Of a DNA stretch of 64,000 nt, positions 1 to 13,300 are shown one piece after another. Position numbers and translations under genes: made by a program. Position 1 is the stretch's first letter, and each line of letters opens with the position of its first letter. The notes under the pieces are model-generated. The model did no database searches, was not told the DNA's origin, and saw nothing but the letters and a program-made list of their open reading frames with translations. The stretch spans positions 50,790,464-50,854,463 of the forward strand of contig NC_043011.1 of assembly GCF_006345805.1 (NCBI RefSeq). Reading direction: 5' to 3'. The DNA comes from Octopus sinensis. Its lineage: Eukaryota.

Positions 1-226
1 AGTTGTAAATGAGTGTCACTGTCATACAAGCGGTGCCTTTCATTTCCAGTCTTCTGTGAAAACTTGTCTGGCTTAATGAAACATTACCTTGCTTGAAAAC
101 AGGTGAGCGTTGATGACAGGAAAGGCATCTGGCTATGGAAAATGTTTCAGCAAATTCCGATTCATGAAAGCCTGAAAAAGTGGACAATGAATTGGCGATA
201 TGTATTCATCCTTGCTACTGTTTTAA

Positions 227-428
227 CCCCTTACCCGGCAGAAACGAATATATTCGTTTTGACCGAAATCGTTTTTTTCTATCTCTGGCGAGTTAACTCG
301 TCAAAAGATAGACTCGCCAAAATCGACAGCAAACGAGTTCCTTCGTCAAAAGATAGACTCGCCAAAATCGACAGCAAACGAGTTCCTTCGTCTAAAAACG
401 GGTTAACTCGTTTCTGCCCAAAGCGGTA
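227..428. mobile_element. Degenerate MITE-like element with an internal 45-bp tandem duplication (298-342, 343-387)
   Basis: GGCAGAAACGA (237-247) and TCGTTTCTGCC (408-418) form an inverted pair; the 45-bp repeat is exact. Confidence 0.5.
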
Positions 429-1499
429 ATTTAAAATCAATATTATTGAATTAAAATTCATAATAAATAAGATTTGAAATATGCCTCGAAATCACCATTC
501 AAAACATAGTAAAATAAAACAATTAAAAAATATGTCTGAAAAAATACATTTATTTTCAAAATAATTGTTGGGTAAGAGGTTAAAAATCTGTTTTACCATT
601 ACCATGTCAACATGTTGGGTAAATCTGTTGTACAAGCATATCATTGCTCTTATCTCAGTTCGTCTGTGAGGCTCAGCATCTTCAGATATGACCTTACTAC
701 TCACATGTAACACAGGTGGTCTCACTCAGCTATAGATACATGTTACAGCCAGTAAACTGCATGTTTTCATGTAGCATTTCATCGTTTATAACCCATGGTT
801 ATGTCATTATAACTGACTTTTGCATATATTCACCATAGGCATTGCTGTATGGTTAAGAAGCTTGGTTCCTAACCATGTGGTCTTGGGTTCAGTCCCCTTG
901 TGTGCTGCCTTGGACAAGTATCTTTTACTACAGCTCTGGGCCAATTAACATCTTGAAAGTGGATGTAGTAGACAGAAACTGATAAAAGCTTGTGGTGTGT
1001 GTGTGTGTGTGTATGTAGTCTGTATTGGTGCAAACTTTTCTCAGGCAAACTCCATATTGTCTCTTTGATAGTGATCCTATACTGTAATCTTTAACTTTTA
1101 GGGAATTTATGTATGATTCTAACACTTTAGCCTCCTCTTTCTTTGCAGAGATTTAAGGGACAGAATGTTTGTCAAAACATAAGGAGGAGAGACTGATGTT
1201 AATGTAGTCCTTCTTGGTTAAAGTATGAAGCAAAATGGAAGCAAATATAAAAATCAGTCCGACTGGTGACATGTTCTAACCTTTCACCTTCCTTAATTTA
1301 GGCTGATTTGGAATGTTTGCACTGTAGGAATGTTGTAAAAGGGTTCAGTCCCCCCCCCCCGTTTCTGCTATATAACTTCCTTGTGAATAATACTGATTTC
1401 CAGTCCACTCTCAAAACAATTTTTTTTATGGGATGGTGGGAAGGTGTAAGAAGGGTAGAAAATGTTTGATCATGATAATTAGCTTTGTAGTAGTAGTAG

Positions 1500-1822
1500 T
1501 CATCATCATCATCATCGTTTAACGTCCGTTCTCCATGCTAGCATGGGTTGGGCGGTTCGACCGGGGATCTGGGAAGCCAGAAGGCTGCACCAGGCTCCAG
1601 TCTTATCTGGCAATGCTTCTACAGCTGGATGCCCTTCCTAACGCCAACCACTCCGTGAGTGTAGTGGATGCTTTTTACGTGCCACCTGCACAGGTGCCAG
1701 GCGAGGCTGGCAACGGCCACGGTCGGATTGGTGTATTTTATGTGCCACCGGCACGGAAGCCAGTCAAGTCGGATAGTGCTTTTTACGTACCACCAGACCA
1801 GGGATCCTGGCTGGTTCAATTC
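1500..1822 (-). mobile_element. RTE 3' UTR fragment (young subfamily)
   Basis: ggcgttaggaagggcatccagc domain and catggagaacggacgttaaac(gat)n tail; near-identical to copies at 2910, 14808 and 50085. Confidence 0.85.
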
Positions 1823-2336
1823 GAAGTTATAGTAATTTTGGCACAAGGCAAGCTGTTTTGAGGTGAGGAGTAATTCAATTACATCAACCCCAGTGTTCAA
1901 CTGGTACTTATTTCATTGACCCTGAAAGTATGAAAGGTGAAGTTGACCCTGGTAGCATTTGAACTCAGAACATAAAGACAGGTGGAATGCTGATAAGCAT
2001 TTTGTCTGGTGTTTCTAATGACTCTGCCAGCATTCTGCTTTTAATATTAAATGTAACAAAGGTGGTGAGCTGGAAGAATCATTAAGTACACCTGACAAAA
2101 TGCTTTGTGACATTTCATCTGAGTTCAAATTCCTCCAAAGTCAGCTTTGCCTTTCATTTTTAAGGTGTCAATGAAATAAGTACCAGTTGTGCACTGGCAT
2201 TGATGCAATTTACTTAAACTCTCTCTCTTGAACTTGCAGGCCTTGTGCCAAAATTTGAAACCAGTATTAAATGTAACACTATGATAAACTACTTGTTAGC
2301 CAAATTCACAATGATAGTAATAATTTTTCTACTATA

Positions 2337-2720
2337 GGCACAGGAGTGGCTGTGTGGTAAGTAGCTTGCTTACCAACCACATGGTTCTGGGTTCAGTCCC
2401 ACTGCATGGCACCTTGGGCAAGTGTCTTCTACTATAGCCTTGGGCTGACCAAAGCCTTGTGAATGGATTTGGTAGACGGCAACTGAAAGAAGCCCGTCGT
2501 ATATATGTATATGTGTGTGTTTGTGTTTGTCCCCCCCCCTCCCACATCGCTTGACAACCAGTGTGTTTACGTCCCCGTAACTTAGTGTTTTGGCAAAACA
2601 GACCAACAGAAAAAGTACTAGGTTTACAAATAATAAGTCCTGGGGTCGATTTGCTTGACTAAAGGCGGTGCTCCAGCATGGCCGAAGTCAAATGACTGAA
2701 ACAAGTAAAAGAGTAAAGAG
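2337..2720 (+). mobile_element. tRNA-derived CORE-like SINE
   Basis: Pol III A/B-box-like head (gtggctgtgtggtaag...ggttcagtccc), ccttgggcaagtgtctt core, internal (TA)(TG) tract and aaagagtaaaagag tail. Confidence 0.85.
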
Positions 2721-2909
2721 AGTATAACCATGAAGCCTGAAATTTTTGCAGGAGTGAGCTAGTCGATTTCATTGACCTCGAAACGATGAAAGGCAAAGAT
2801 AACCTCAGTGGTATTTGAACCCAGAACATAAAGATGGATGAAATGATGCTAAGCATTTTGTCTGGCGTGTTAATGTTTCTGCCAGCTTGCCATCTTAAAA
2901 GTAATAATT

Positions 2910-3245
2910 ATCATCATCGTTTAACGTCCGTTCTCCATGCTAGCATGGGTTGGACAGTTCGACCGGGGATCTGGGAAGCCAGAAGGCTGCACCAGGCTCC
3001 AGTCTTATCTGGCAATGTTTCTACAGCTGGATACCCTTTCTAACGCCAACCACTCCGTGAGTGTAGTGGGTGCTTTTTACATGCCACCTGCACAGGTGCC
3101 AGGCGAGGCTGGCAACGGCCACGGTCGGATTGGTGTATTTTACGTGGCATTGGCCACGAGTCGGATAGTGCTTTTTACGTACCACCAGACCAGGGATCCT
3201 GGCTGGTTCAATTCGATTTCGATTTCGCTTGCCCCAACATGTCTT
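2910..3245 (-). mobile_element. RTE 3' UTR fragment
   Basis: Same family; extends to the ORF end (AKTCWGK). Confidence 0.85.
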
Positions 3246-4229
3246 CGCAATAATAATAATTATATTGATTCCTGGAAAAATGAAAGGCAAAGTTGACGTT
3301 GATGGGATTTGAACTCTTAGTAGAAGAATTGTAACAAAATATGCCACAGCATTTTATCCAGTGCTCAAACAAAACTGTCAGTTCAGTTCATCATGATACT
3401 TTAGTTGGAGTTGAGAATTCAAATTATAGTTATTCTCTCGTGGTGGTGGGGATAAGATGCTATCTTGAAGAAGAAACTAACCAGCATCATTTGCTATTTA
3501 GAAGTATATCTCAATCATGTGCATGATCAAATCTGTTCCAACTGTGACCATCTCATTTCTTTATCATTGGATGTAACACATCTCGGACTGCATTATTTAA
3601 TGTGCTTTTTTTTTTTTGTTTTTAAGATATTAGGGTGTGATCCTAAGAAGTTAGGTTGCTATTTCTAACAGTCTGAGTAGCCATGTAGCAGTTACTTGTT
3701 TTCTATGAGCCATTAGGGTTAACCATGACAATGAAAGCTTTAGAGAGCTTTGAGCTATGAAACATTTTGATTGATCTTTCATTTCTAAACCTGGTTTTGG
3801 CAATGTATTAGTGCTATTACAGCAGGCTGGGTGGAAGCTCTTCTTAAGCCTTAATTTTTGGACAGCATGTCTCTCAATTAGCAATGCCTTTCCACAACTG
3901 GAAACTTCATATACACTGAACTGCAAAAGAAACGCAAGATGTGTGACTGTGAAATATGTTTTAGTTTCATTTTGTCAAAGATAAATTTTGATAAAGCTGA
4001 TAAAGTCAATTTCTTGGATGCAATTTGGGTCTCAGCCATAAACCAGCATGTCTTGGAATATGTACACTTACATCCCTAAAATAAATTTTCAGAATTTACC
4101 ATATAAAATGACATTTAAAAAAAATTATGTTTCTTTTGTGTAGATTACTGAGTTTATGTATGTGTTAGGAGGGAAGGCAGTGCCCATGGATTTCTACAAC
4201 TAGAATTATGTATATTGTTATATTTGTAA

Positions 4230-4926
4230 TGGATGGCATGTAAAAGCACCATCCGCTCGTGTCTGTTGCCAGCCTTGCCTGGCCCCCGTGCTGGTGGCAC
4301 GTAAAAGCACCATCCGTTCGTGGCCGTTTGCCAGCTCCGTCTGGCACCTGCGCGGGTGGCACGTAAAAAGCACTCACTACACTCACAGAGTGGTTGGCGT
4401 TAGGAAGGGCATCCAGCCGTAGAAACACTGCCAGATCTGACTGAGCCTGATGCAGCCTTCCGGCTTCACAGACCCCCAGTTGAACCGTCCAACCCATGCT
4501 AGCATGGAAAACGGACGCTAAATGATGATGATGATGAATACCAATAGCAAACCAGACAATTTCCATAATCTTCTGTTCATACAATTTCAGTTTGGGAAAG
4601 TGTTTCATTATGATCAAGCCATTGAGGCAATTGTTTATGATTGTCATGATGGAATTTGTAGTTGTGATACCAGCGCCGGTGGCACATAAGAGAACCATTC
4701 GAATGTGGCCGTAGCCAGCACCGCATCACCTGGCCTCCGTCCCGGTGGCTCGTAAAAAGCACCCACTACACTCACAGAGTGGTTGGCGTTAGGAAGGGCA
4801 TCCAGCTGTAGAAACACTACCAGATCTGACTGGGCCTGGTGCAGCCTTCGGGCTTCCCAGACCTCAGTTGAACCGTCCAACCCATGCTAGCATGGAAAGC
4901 GGATGTTAAATGATGATGATGATGAT
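4230..4926 (+). mobile_element. Two RTE 3' UTR fragments (4230-4536 and 4665-4926)
   Basis: Tandem gtggcacgtaaaagcacc units, conserved domain and (GAT)n tails. Confidence 0.85.
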
Positions 4927-5542
4927 GTGTGGCTGGTTACCATAGTACCAGTCTAACGTTTCATCGTCTGTCACAAGATTGCCCCCTCCCCTCTCAAAGG
5001 ATCTTTGTCTTGCAATTTACATTGGTGAACCTGCCAGTGCTGGTGCCATATAAAATGCATCCAGCTGAACATTGTACTGCAGTCTTCATGATAATATGTG
5101 ATGATTAATTTTCTTTTTTTAAAAAACCAAAATTTCTGAATGTATTTAAAAAATTGGGTGATTAAGATCAACAGATATCACTTTTTTAACAATTTCAATA
5201 CTAATTTGGTAGTAGCTGTGTGGTTAAGAAGTTTGTTTCACAACTATGTGGATTTTAATTTCAATCAACCCTTCTCTATGACAACTTGAGTGGCCTCTCT
5301 TCATTATGTTGTGAGTTAAATTTGGTAGATGGAAATTTGAGTATAGGTCTGTCAGTGGAGCAGTCATGTATTTGAGTGGTAGTCTTAATCTATCACCATG
5401 TTCAACTTCACCTTCTTCTGGCTCTTGGCTACTTTTAATGAGTGATGTAAAATATTTGGATCAGAATCTAAACAGCTGAAACAAATATGGTAAAGCATTT
5501 TTCTTCTGATGCTCTAATGAATCTGCTAATCCAGTGCCTTAA

Positions 5543-5763
5543 CCCTTTAGTGTTCTGATTATTCTATCAAACATAATGCTTATTGATTCCCATTGATTTG
5601 AATTAATCATGCATTATCTCATATCTTCAAGATCTTGATGGTGTAATTACTTAATGTACAATAACATTGTAGGGTAGGTGTGAGAGCCTGGATCCTGGTC
5701 ATGTTTGAACATAAAACAGGTTAACTATTTTGGCCGGATATGGCCGGTTTAAATACTAAAGGG
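5543..5763. mobile_element. piggyBac-type MITE family 1 (about 220 bp); copies at 7615-7835, 15199-15404, 21030-21248, 42591-42809 and 47895-48115
   Basis: TTAA|CCCTTTAG...CTAAAGGG|TTAA termini. Confidence 0.88.
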
Positions 5764-5814
5764 TTAAAAAATAATCAAAAGAAAAGAATTATTTTAGCTG
5801 GGAATTCTTTAGGA

Positions 5815-7176
5815 GGAGGAAGTTGATTGCATTGATCCCTGTACTTGACTGGAACTTATTTTATTGATACCGAAAAGATGAAAGGTATGGTCAACCTCAG
5901 TGGAATTTGAACTCCAGATGTGAAGATGGGTGAAATGATGCTAAGCATTTTGTCCAGTATGTTAATGATCCTGCTAGCTCAAATCTTTCTACTGTTGGCA
6001 AAAAACCTGAAGTTTGGGTCGAGGGGTTTTAGTCAAAAATTATATTGACCTCAGTGATGACTTGGTACTTATTTTATTGACCCTGAAAGTTGCCCCCAGC
6101 AGAATTTGAACTCAGAACGTAAAGATGGTTGAAATGCTGCTAGGCATATTGCCTGACGTGCTAACGATTCTGCCAGCTACCCACCTTAATAATTATAATA
6201 ATAATAATAATAATAATAATAATCCTCCTTGTCTAGAGGCACAAGGCCTGAAATGTTGTGGAGGGGGAAGGGGCTGGTTGATTACATTGACTCCACTGCT
6301 CAACTGCTACTTATTTTATTGTCAGAAGGGGTTGAAAGGTAAAGTTGGCCTTGGCAGAATTTGTACTCAGAATGTATTGATGGACGAAACGTCGCTAAGC
6401 AAATTGTCCGGCTTGCTAACTGCTGTAATAGTAATAATCCTTTCTAATATAGGCACAAAGCCTGAAATTTTGTAAGAAGGGGTAAGTTGATTACATTGAT
6501 CCCCAGTACACAACTGGTACTTATTTTATCAACCCAGAAGAAATAAAAGGCAAAGTCAACCTCAGTGGAATTTAGACTCAGAATGTGAAGATGGATGAAA
6601 TGCATGCTTAGCATTTTACCTGGCATGCTAACTGTTCTGTCTGCTTGAATAATAATAATAATAATAATCACATCCGATCATGGCCGTTGCCAGCCTGGCC
6701 TGGCCTGGCCTCCGTGCCGGTGGCACGTAAAAAGCACCATCCGACCGTGGTCGTATGCCAGCCTCGTCTGGCACCTGTGCCGGTGGCACGTGAAAAGCAC
6801 CCACTACACTCATGGAGTGGTTGGCGTTAGGAAGGGCATCCAGCCGTAGAAACATTGCCAGATCAGACTGGGCCTGTGCAGCCTTCTGGCTTCCCAGACC
6901 CCAGTTGCACCGTCCAGCCCATGCCAGCATGGAAAGTGGACGCTAAACGATGATGAATAATTATAATAATCCTTTCTACTATAGGCACAAGGCCTGGGAT
7001 TGGGGGGAGGGGGGTTAAGTCGATTACATTAACCCCAGTACTCATCTGGTACTTAATTTATCAACCCTGAAAGGCAAAAATCAACCTTAGCAGTATTTGA
7101 ATTCAGAACATAAAGATGTACCAAAAGCTGCTAAGCATTTTGCCCGGCGTGCTAACAATTCTACCAGCTTGCTGCC

Positions 7177-7180
<4 letters not shown>
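5815..7180 (-). mobile_element. Cluster of about five same-orientation copies of the Meta-like SINE
   Basis: Repeated gattacattgacc...ggtacttattttattgac...gaaaggcaaagt...gaatttgaactcag units separated by (AAT)n. Confidence 0.75.
6670..6956 (+). mobile_element. RTE 3' UTR fragment
   Basis: Same motifs and tail. Confidence 0.85.
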
Positions 7181-7210
<30 letters not shown>

Positions 7211-9909
7211 AATACATACATACATACAGACACACACACACATTTAGCATTCAATTGCTTCCACTTAGGTAGCATGTTCACTTGATGATCAGACATGAGG
7301 AAGTCTTAAATGTCGATGCATGCAGATACTTCAGTCTACAAATCTATCAAACCCTAATCAGCATATAAAAATCAGGATTATTAGACACATACTTGCTGAA
7401 GCATGGAATAAACTGCCTGCGTCAGTTGTTGACTGCCATGACACTGCATCCTTTAAGGCCCTCATGCTTTCCGAAATCCGCTGAAACTACACCTGATTAT
7501 ATATACACTTTAGATGAGTTGTAGTGCACCTGAGCACTGTACACATTTATTATTATTATTATTATTATAATAAGAAAATACAGTTATATCTTACCCCCAA
7601 ATAATTAATCTTAACCCTTTAGTGTTTGCATTATTCTACCAAAATTAATTCTTTTTCATCGACTATGTTTTGAACTAATCATGCATTATCTTATAGTTTT
7701 GAGATTTTGATGAGGTAGCTGTTAATTTTTAAAACGATATTGTAGGGTTGGTGTGAGAGACCAGATCTGGCCAGTTTGAGCATAAAAAAGGCAGAATACT
7801 TTTGGCCGGATATGGCCGGTTTAAATGCTAAAGGGTGGTGACTGAACTGAAAATCTTAGCAAATTTAATCATTAGTCATTAGGGTAAGTTAGATGTAGCC
7901 TGGATGTGTTAGGAGTAGACCGCCAGATATAGGGAGATATTATTTTCACATACGGGGGAGAAAAATAAAAGTGGGTGGGTGACAGGTATGGTTATTTGTT
8001 GTTAAGAAATTTGCTTTGCAACTAAGTTATTTTGGTTCAGTCCTTCCTAACTGCAGAGCACCCTGGGCAAGTGTGTTCTGTAGCCTCAGGGCTGATCAAC
8101 TCCTTGTGAGTGTATTTAGTAGATGGAAACTGCATGGATGCCTCTGTGTGTCTGTATGTGTGTTTGCACCCCACCCCCCACACAACAAACTGTTGGTTTG
8201 TTTGTTCCTGTAAGTTAGTGTTTTGGCAAAAGAGACTAATAGAATAAGCATTGGTCTTTAAAAAACAAGTTTCAATTTGTTCTACTTAATTCTTTATCAA
8301 TCAGATTACTCTGTCAAATATAATGTCTATTCACTTTTGGCTTATCTCAATTACTTATGGCTTAACCTCATAGCTTTGAGATTTCAATGATATTGTTTAT
8401 TTTTAGAAAGACATTGCAACATAAGTGTGAGAAATTGGATCTTACCAGTTTGAACATAAAACAGGTAGAATATTTGGGCTGGATATGATAGAATTAAATG
8501 CTGAAGTGTGAAGCCTTTCAACATAGTACCTGAGCATTGTCACAATCCCATGACTGAAACAAGTAAAGGATAAAAGATAAAACCATAGCTGTCGCTCACT
8601 GATAGTTGAATGTAACCTGGTAGCTGGTGCCACGTTTTCACTAATTGTTTTAGGGGCCTTTGTTGTCACAACCAAGCATAAATACACTCTTGGTAAGAGA
8701 ACTGTAGCAGCGTTTGACTGGTATCCATTCGACTGAAGCAACTGAAAATGAAGCACCTTTCTTAAAAAGACACAACACATTGCTCAGTCCAGGAATCAAG
8801 CCTTCAAATTTTTGAGAGTTGAACACTAACCACTAGGTTGTGTACTTTCACATGTAGCATAACCCCTCCTGTCAAGGTAAAGCGTATCTTTTTGGCAATC
8901 CACTCTGATTCACAGTACTTTACCCCAGCATCTATAGTGTTGGGTGGATAAAACAGTCCATTCCTGTCTATTAACTGCAACTGTTGCAGGGAAGACTCAG
9001 CACTTCTCTGAGGAAAATTATATTGAGGGACAAGTAAAATGAACTGTTTAGCTTGAGATGTGAACTTATGTAGAATACACATCCAGTAGGTGTCATAGAT
9101 AGGCACCGTAATCATAAAGCTGTCATTTTAGCATAAACCTTTTGAGTCTTTGTGGGGTAGAAAGGGCTCCTTAGCCGTAGTGAAGGCAATCTATCTAGGG
9201 AGATAACCTTACAATAAATCACTGGGTCCGTAGCTTAGAAATACTGGGTTGACGTCCAGCGGGAACAGCTTTGTTTCATGGAGGAGGAAAGATCTTCTTT
9301 AGTACTTGGTTGTACAATGCTTTCCACTCTGTGTAGTAGTGGCACGCGCACACATTATTAGCCATTTGAAAAGACTATGAAAGTCTCGACCACGGTCGAA
9401 CAATGATGATGATGATTGAGTCTTTGTAACAAATTCCACTCAGCTTGTTAAGAAATAGCTGTCAGATATTCCTCAAAACACACCCTACCATTGTAAAAAA
9501 GGAACTTTGTGGATTATGAACTGTGATTTAATTATAGTTGGAAAGACTTTTGACATAGGTAGGTGTCTTCGGTGTAGACAACCTGGCATTCAGCAATAAC
9601 CTTTTCAATTTTCAACTCATGACCTTTAACTTCACAACATGAAATCACAGAATAATATCTGTGTGGATGTTTACAGTTTGTGCTGAGCCATGGAAGATAA
9701 TGTCATTGTTTGTAGCTGGCAGATCATCTGCTAGCTTTGTGTTTTATAAATTCCTTTGGAATAAAATGTTCTTTACTTGAAAAATAAGGGTTGGCAACAG
9801 GAATAGCATCCTGTGGTAAAAACCTTCTCTCAAAGTGTCATCTAATCTTTGCTATCATGGATAGAGTGACATCAAAACAGATGGAGAAAATGCATTTTTG
9901 TATCTCTTC

Positions 9910-10134
9910 ACTCTTTTACTCTTTTACTTGTTTCAGTCATTTGACTGCGGCCATGCTGGAGCACCGCCTTTAGTCGAGCAACTCGATCCCGGGACTTATT
10001 CTTTTGTAAGCCCAGTACTTATTCTATCGGTCTCTTTTGCCGAACCGCTAAGTGACGGGGACATAAACACACCAGCATCGGTTGTCAAGCAATGCTAGGG
10101 GGACAAATACAGACACACAAACACACATGCATAT

Positions 10135-10192
<58 letters not shown>

Positions 10193-10357
10193 TACGACAG
10201 GCTTCTTTCAGTTTCCGTCTACCAAATCCACTCACAAGGCTTTGGTCGGCCCGAGGCTATAGTAGAAGACACTTGCCCAAGGTGCCACGCAGTGGGACTG
10301 AACCCGGAACCATGTGGTTGGTTAGCAAGCTACTTACCACACAGCCACTCCTGCGCC
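9910..10357 (-). mobile_element. CORE-like SINE, full length
   Basis: Same family in reverse orientation. Confidence 0.87.
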
Positions 10358-13300
10358 TATATGTGTATATATGTACATAGAAGTGTGTGTGTGTATGTCT
10401 ACTGTTTTAATTTTTTTAAAAACCAAAACTGCAAGTTATAAGAAATAATACAAGTCAATGGTTTATACTTTTACCATGCATTACTATATTTTGTACACAT
10501 CCTATAAAACAAAAAAGCTGGCTCACAATACCATTTTTCCGAAGATTTCACTAGTGAGGTCACAAAACATTTTTTTCACGCTGAGAGTTGCTGAGGCGTG
10601 GAACAAACTGCCGGCGTCGGTTGTTAGTTGTCGGAGCACTGCATCCTTCAAAACTTCCATGCTTCCTGAGATTCGCCAACACTACACTTGATTTTCTCCC
10701 CTCCATACACACACAAGCATGTTCACTTTCCAGACATTTCTACATTACTGCATGTACTTTATATGCACTTTCTGACAAGTTGTGGTGCACCTGAGCACTG
10801 TATACAATAATTTCATTATTATATTTTATACAACTTACAATGTTAAAAATGCAATTTTTAAAAGTCCACTTTTTAAAAAATCAACAACTACTAAGAATAT
10901 GGTAAAAAGAGTCAACATTCTTAGAACACATCCAAAAGAAGACTATTTCAGGAAACATGCTAACACAATAGAACATCACTAAGTAAAATGAAATGGGGGG
11001 GGGGGGGGGCAGATTTCTAACCCTTTTGATAGTCTTATTCACCAGCAAAATAATGTCCTCTACATCGATATAAGGTACATTAATCCTTTTGATACCAACC
11101 CGCCTGAAACCGCCTCTGGCTCTGTAGTACAAATGTCTTGTTTTCAAAACTCCTGCGTTAAAATCTTCCACCAAACCTTAGTCACAGTTTATGTTCCTAA
11201 CACTAGCTTAATGGTAACTGTTATTTTATTAAATTCTTTGTTATATTTAAACACGTAAAAAGCACCCACTACACTCACGGAGTGGTTGGCGTTAGGAAGG
11301 GCATCCAGCCGTAGAAACACTGCCAGATTTGACTGGGCCTGATGAAGCCTTCTGGATTCACAGACCCCAGTAGAACCGTCCAACCCATTGCTAGCATGGA
11401 AAACGGACGCTAAACGATGATGATGATGATACTCAGAGCATCTCAAAATAAATATGGTAACGAAAGGGTTAACTCAACTACATCATTCTAACATCGCCTC
11501 CTCTTCACCACTATTACTATCACCATCTCTGTTGTCTGACCCTATGAGTTTGGTTGTCTCCTAAATGCACTCTTTGTCTGTTATACAAGCTGACAAATGG
11601 TGCTGGCATGTCAGTTATCAAGTGATGATAGCTTATAAATATAATATCCCAGTGCAATAATTTGCTTTAAGTGTATCTGTGTGTGTGTATATGTATGTTA
11701 CTTATGCGTGCCTTCAATATGGTGTTTGCTGTTGTTTAACCATATGTCGGTGACTGAATTGAACAGACCTATAATTAGAGGCAATCAAATCACTATCGTT
11801 CCATATCTGTTGATTAATTATATATATATGGTCCTTTCCTACAGTTAAATACACACATGTTACCACCTCAGTATGTATTCAAATATACATGTTCTCTCCT
11901 ATATGTGGGTCAAATATGGTTGTTGTTGTTGCTGTCGTCATTGTTGCGTAACTCCAAGTCAGTGGCTCAATGGGCCAGACCCTATAATCAAAGGCATGAT
12001 GTGTTGTTTCCCACCTCCTTACAAAGTATTTTACTATCGGCTCTATTATCCAGTGTACATTTTTCTTAAGATAGCAGGATGTGATTTGAGGGAGATTTAG
12101 CCGCTATTTCTAACAGGTTAAGCAACCAAATAGAACCTCTCTTGTTAGTTTGTCAACAGCTTGTTATTCTGTAGAATATAATAAAAGCAGGCATGTGAGC
12201 ATGAGTAGAATATCGGGGAGGGGAGTTTGCTGTAGTGATTTACATTGTGGCCCAGGTGAACCACCAGTAGTCCATCCCAAAGTCTTTGGCGGTCCACAGC
12301 AAATTTTATAAGACGAAGGAAATCACTAAATGTGACTATCTAAATCCTAAGTAAATTTACATATAATTCATACAATCATCATCATCACCATCATTTAAAT
12401 GTCTGTTTTTCCATGGGTCAGATGGAGTTTGTTTGAGACAGATTTACTAAGGCCAGATTCTCTTCCTGTTGTTACCCCTCCCCATGTAGTTTCTTAGCAA
12501 GGTAATTTTTCCTCATGGCTAGACATGTTTTGGTGGAACATTGGAAATGAATGATTGCTTGTGTGGTAGTGACAATTATTTACACTTAATCATGTAATAT
12601 TAAGACAATGGCACACTCAAGCACACATGCATGTATGTGTGCATGGCAAGTTTGTTTTAGTTTCCATCTACCATATCCAGTCGCAAGACTTTGGTTGGCC
12701 TGGGGGCCAGAGTAGAGGACATTTGCCTAAAGTGTCACATTCCTGAAAAACTGAACTTCTTACCACACAGCCACTCTTGTATCTTTTGTGTAGTGACAAT
12801 GAAAGAGACAGAAGCAGCGCACAGTTCACCAGAGTGCATTGTGTTTCGCTCAATGAATGTGAACCCTTTTGTTGCTGTATTTCTTAGTGAGATACACACA
12901 GCTTATCTACTTGAATAAATTGTGGAAATTTATCAAGAATTTGAAGAGATTTAGTAAAGTAACTTTTCTATTATTCAGCTGATGTTTGGAACATAAACAA
13001 AAAATTCACAGAAGTTTTTAAGAACACTTTTAAAATAACCAGTTTTGTAGCAGTAAGTGCTAGAGATATTTCAGCAGGATTGATGTCAAAAGAATTAAGC
13101 AAGACTTTTTGAGCTAACACACTGACCTCACCCGCTCAACATTCTGTTTGCTACTGCAGATTAATATCTAGATCTAGATACTATATTTAACGACTGATTT
13201 GTAAAGCTAAAACTGCCTGATGTAGAAGAAAATAGACGTCTGAACTCCATTGAATATAATATATAGAGTAAGATGTTGTTTATTCTCCAATAAATCAATC

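Noticed and set aside
298-387. 45-bp direct repeats as a CRISPR-like array
   Set aside because: Two abutting copies with no spacer, in eukaryotic context
8804-9420. 103-aa minus-strand ORF and an adjacent (GAT)n-tailed segment
   Set aside because: No recognisable domain; probably retroelement debris, but I cannot classify it
12794-12886. Possible 93-nt phase 1-1 exon upstream of exon A
   Set aside because: Weak donor, no NSD-like peptide features and no supporting evidence
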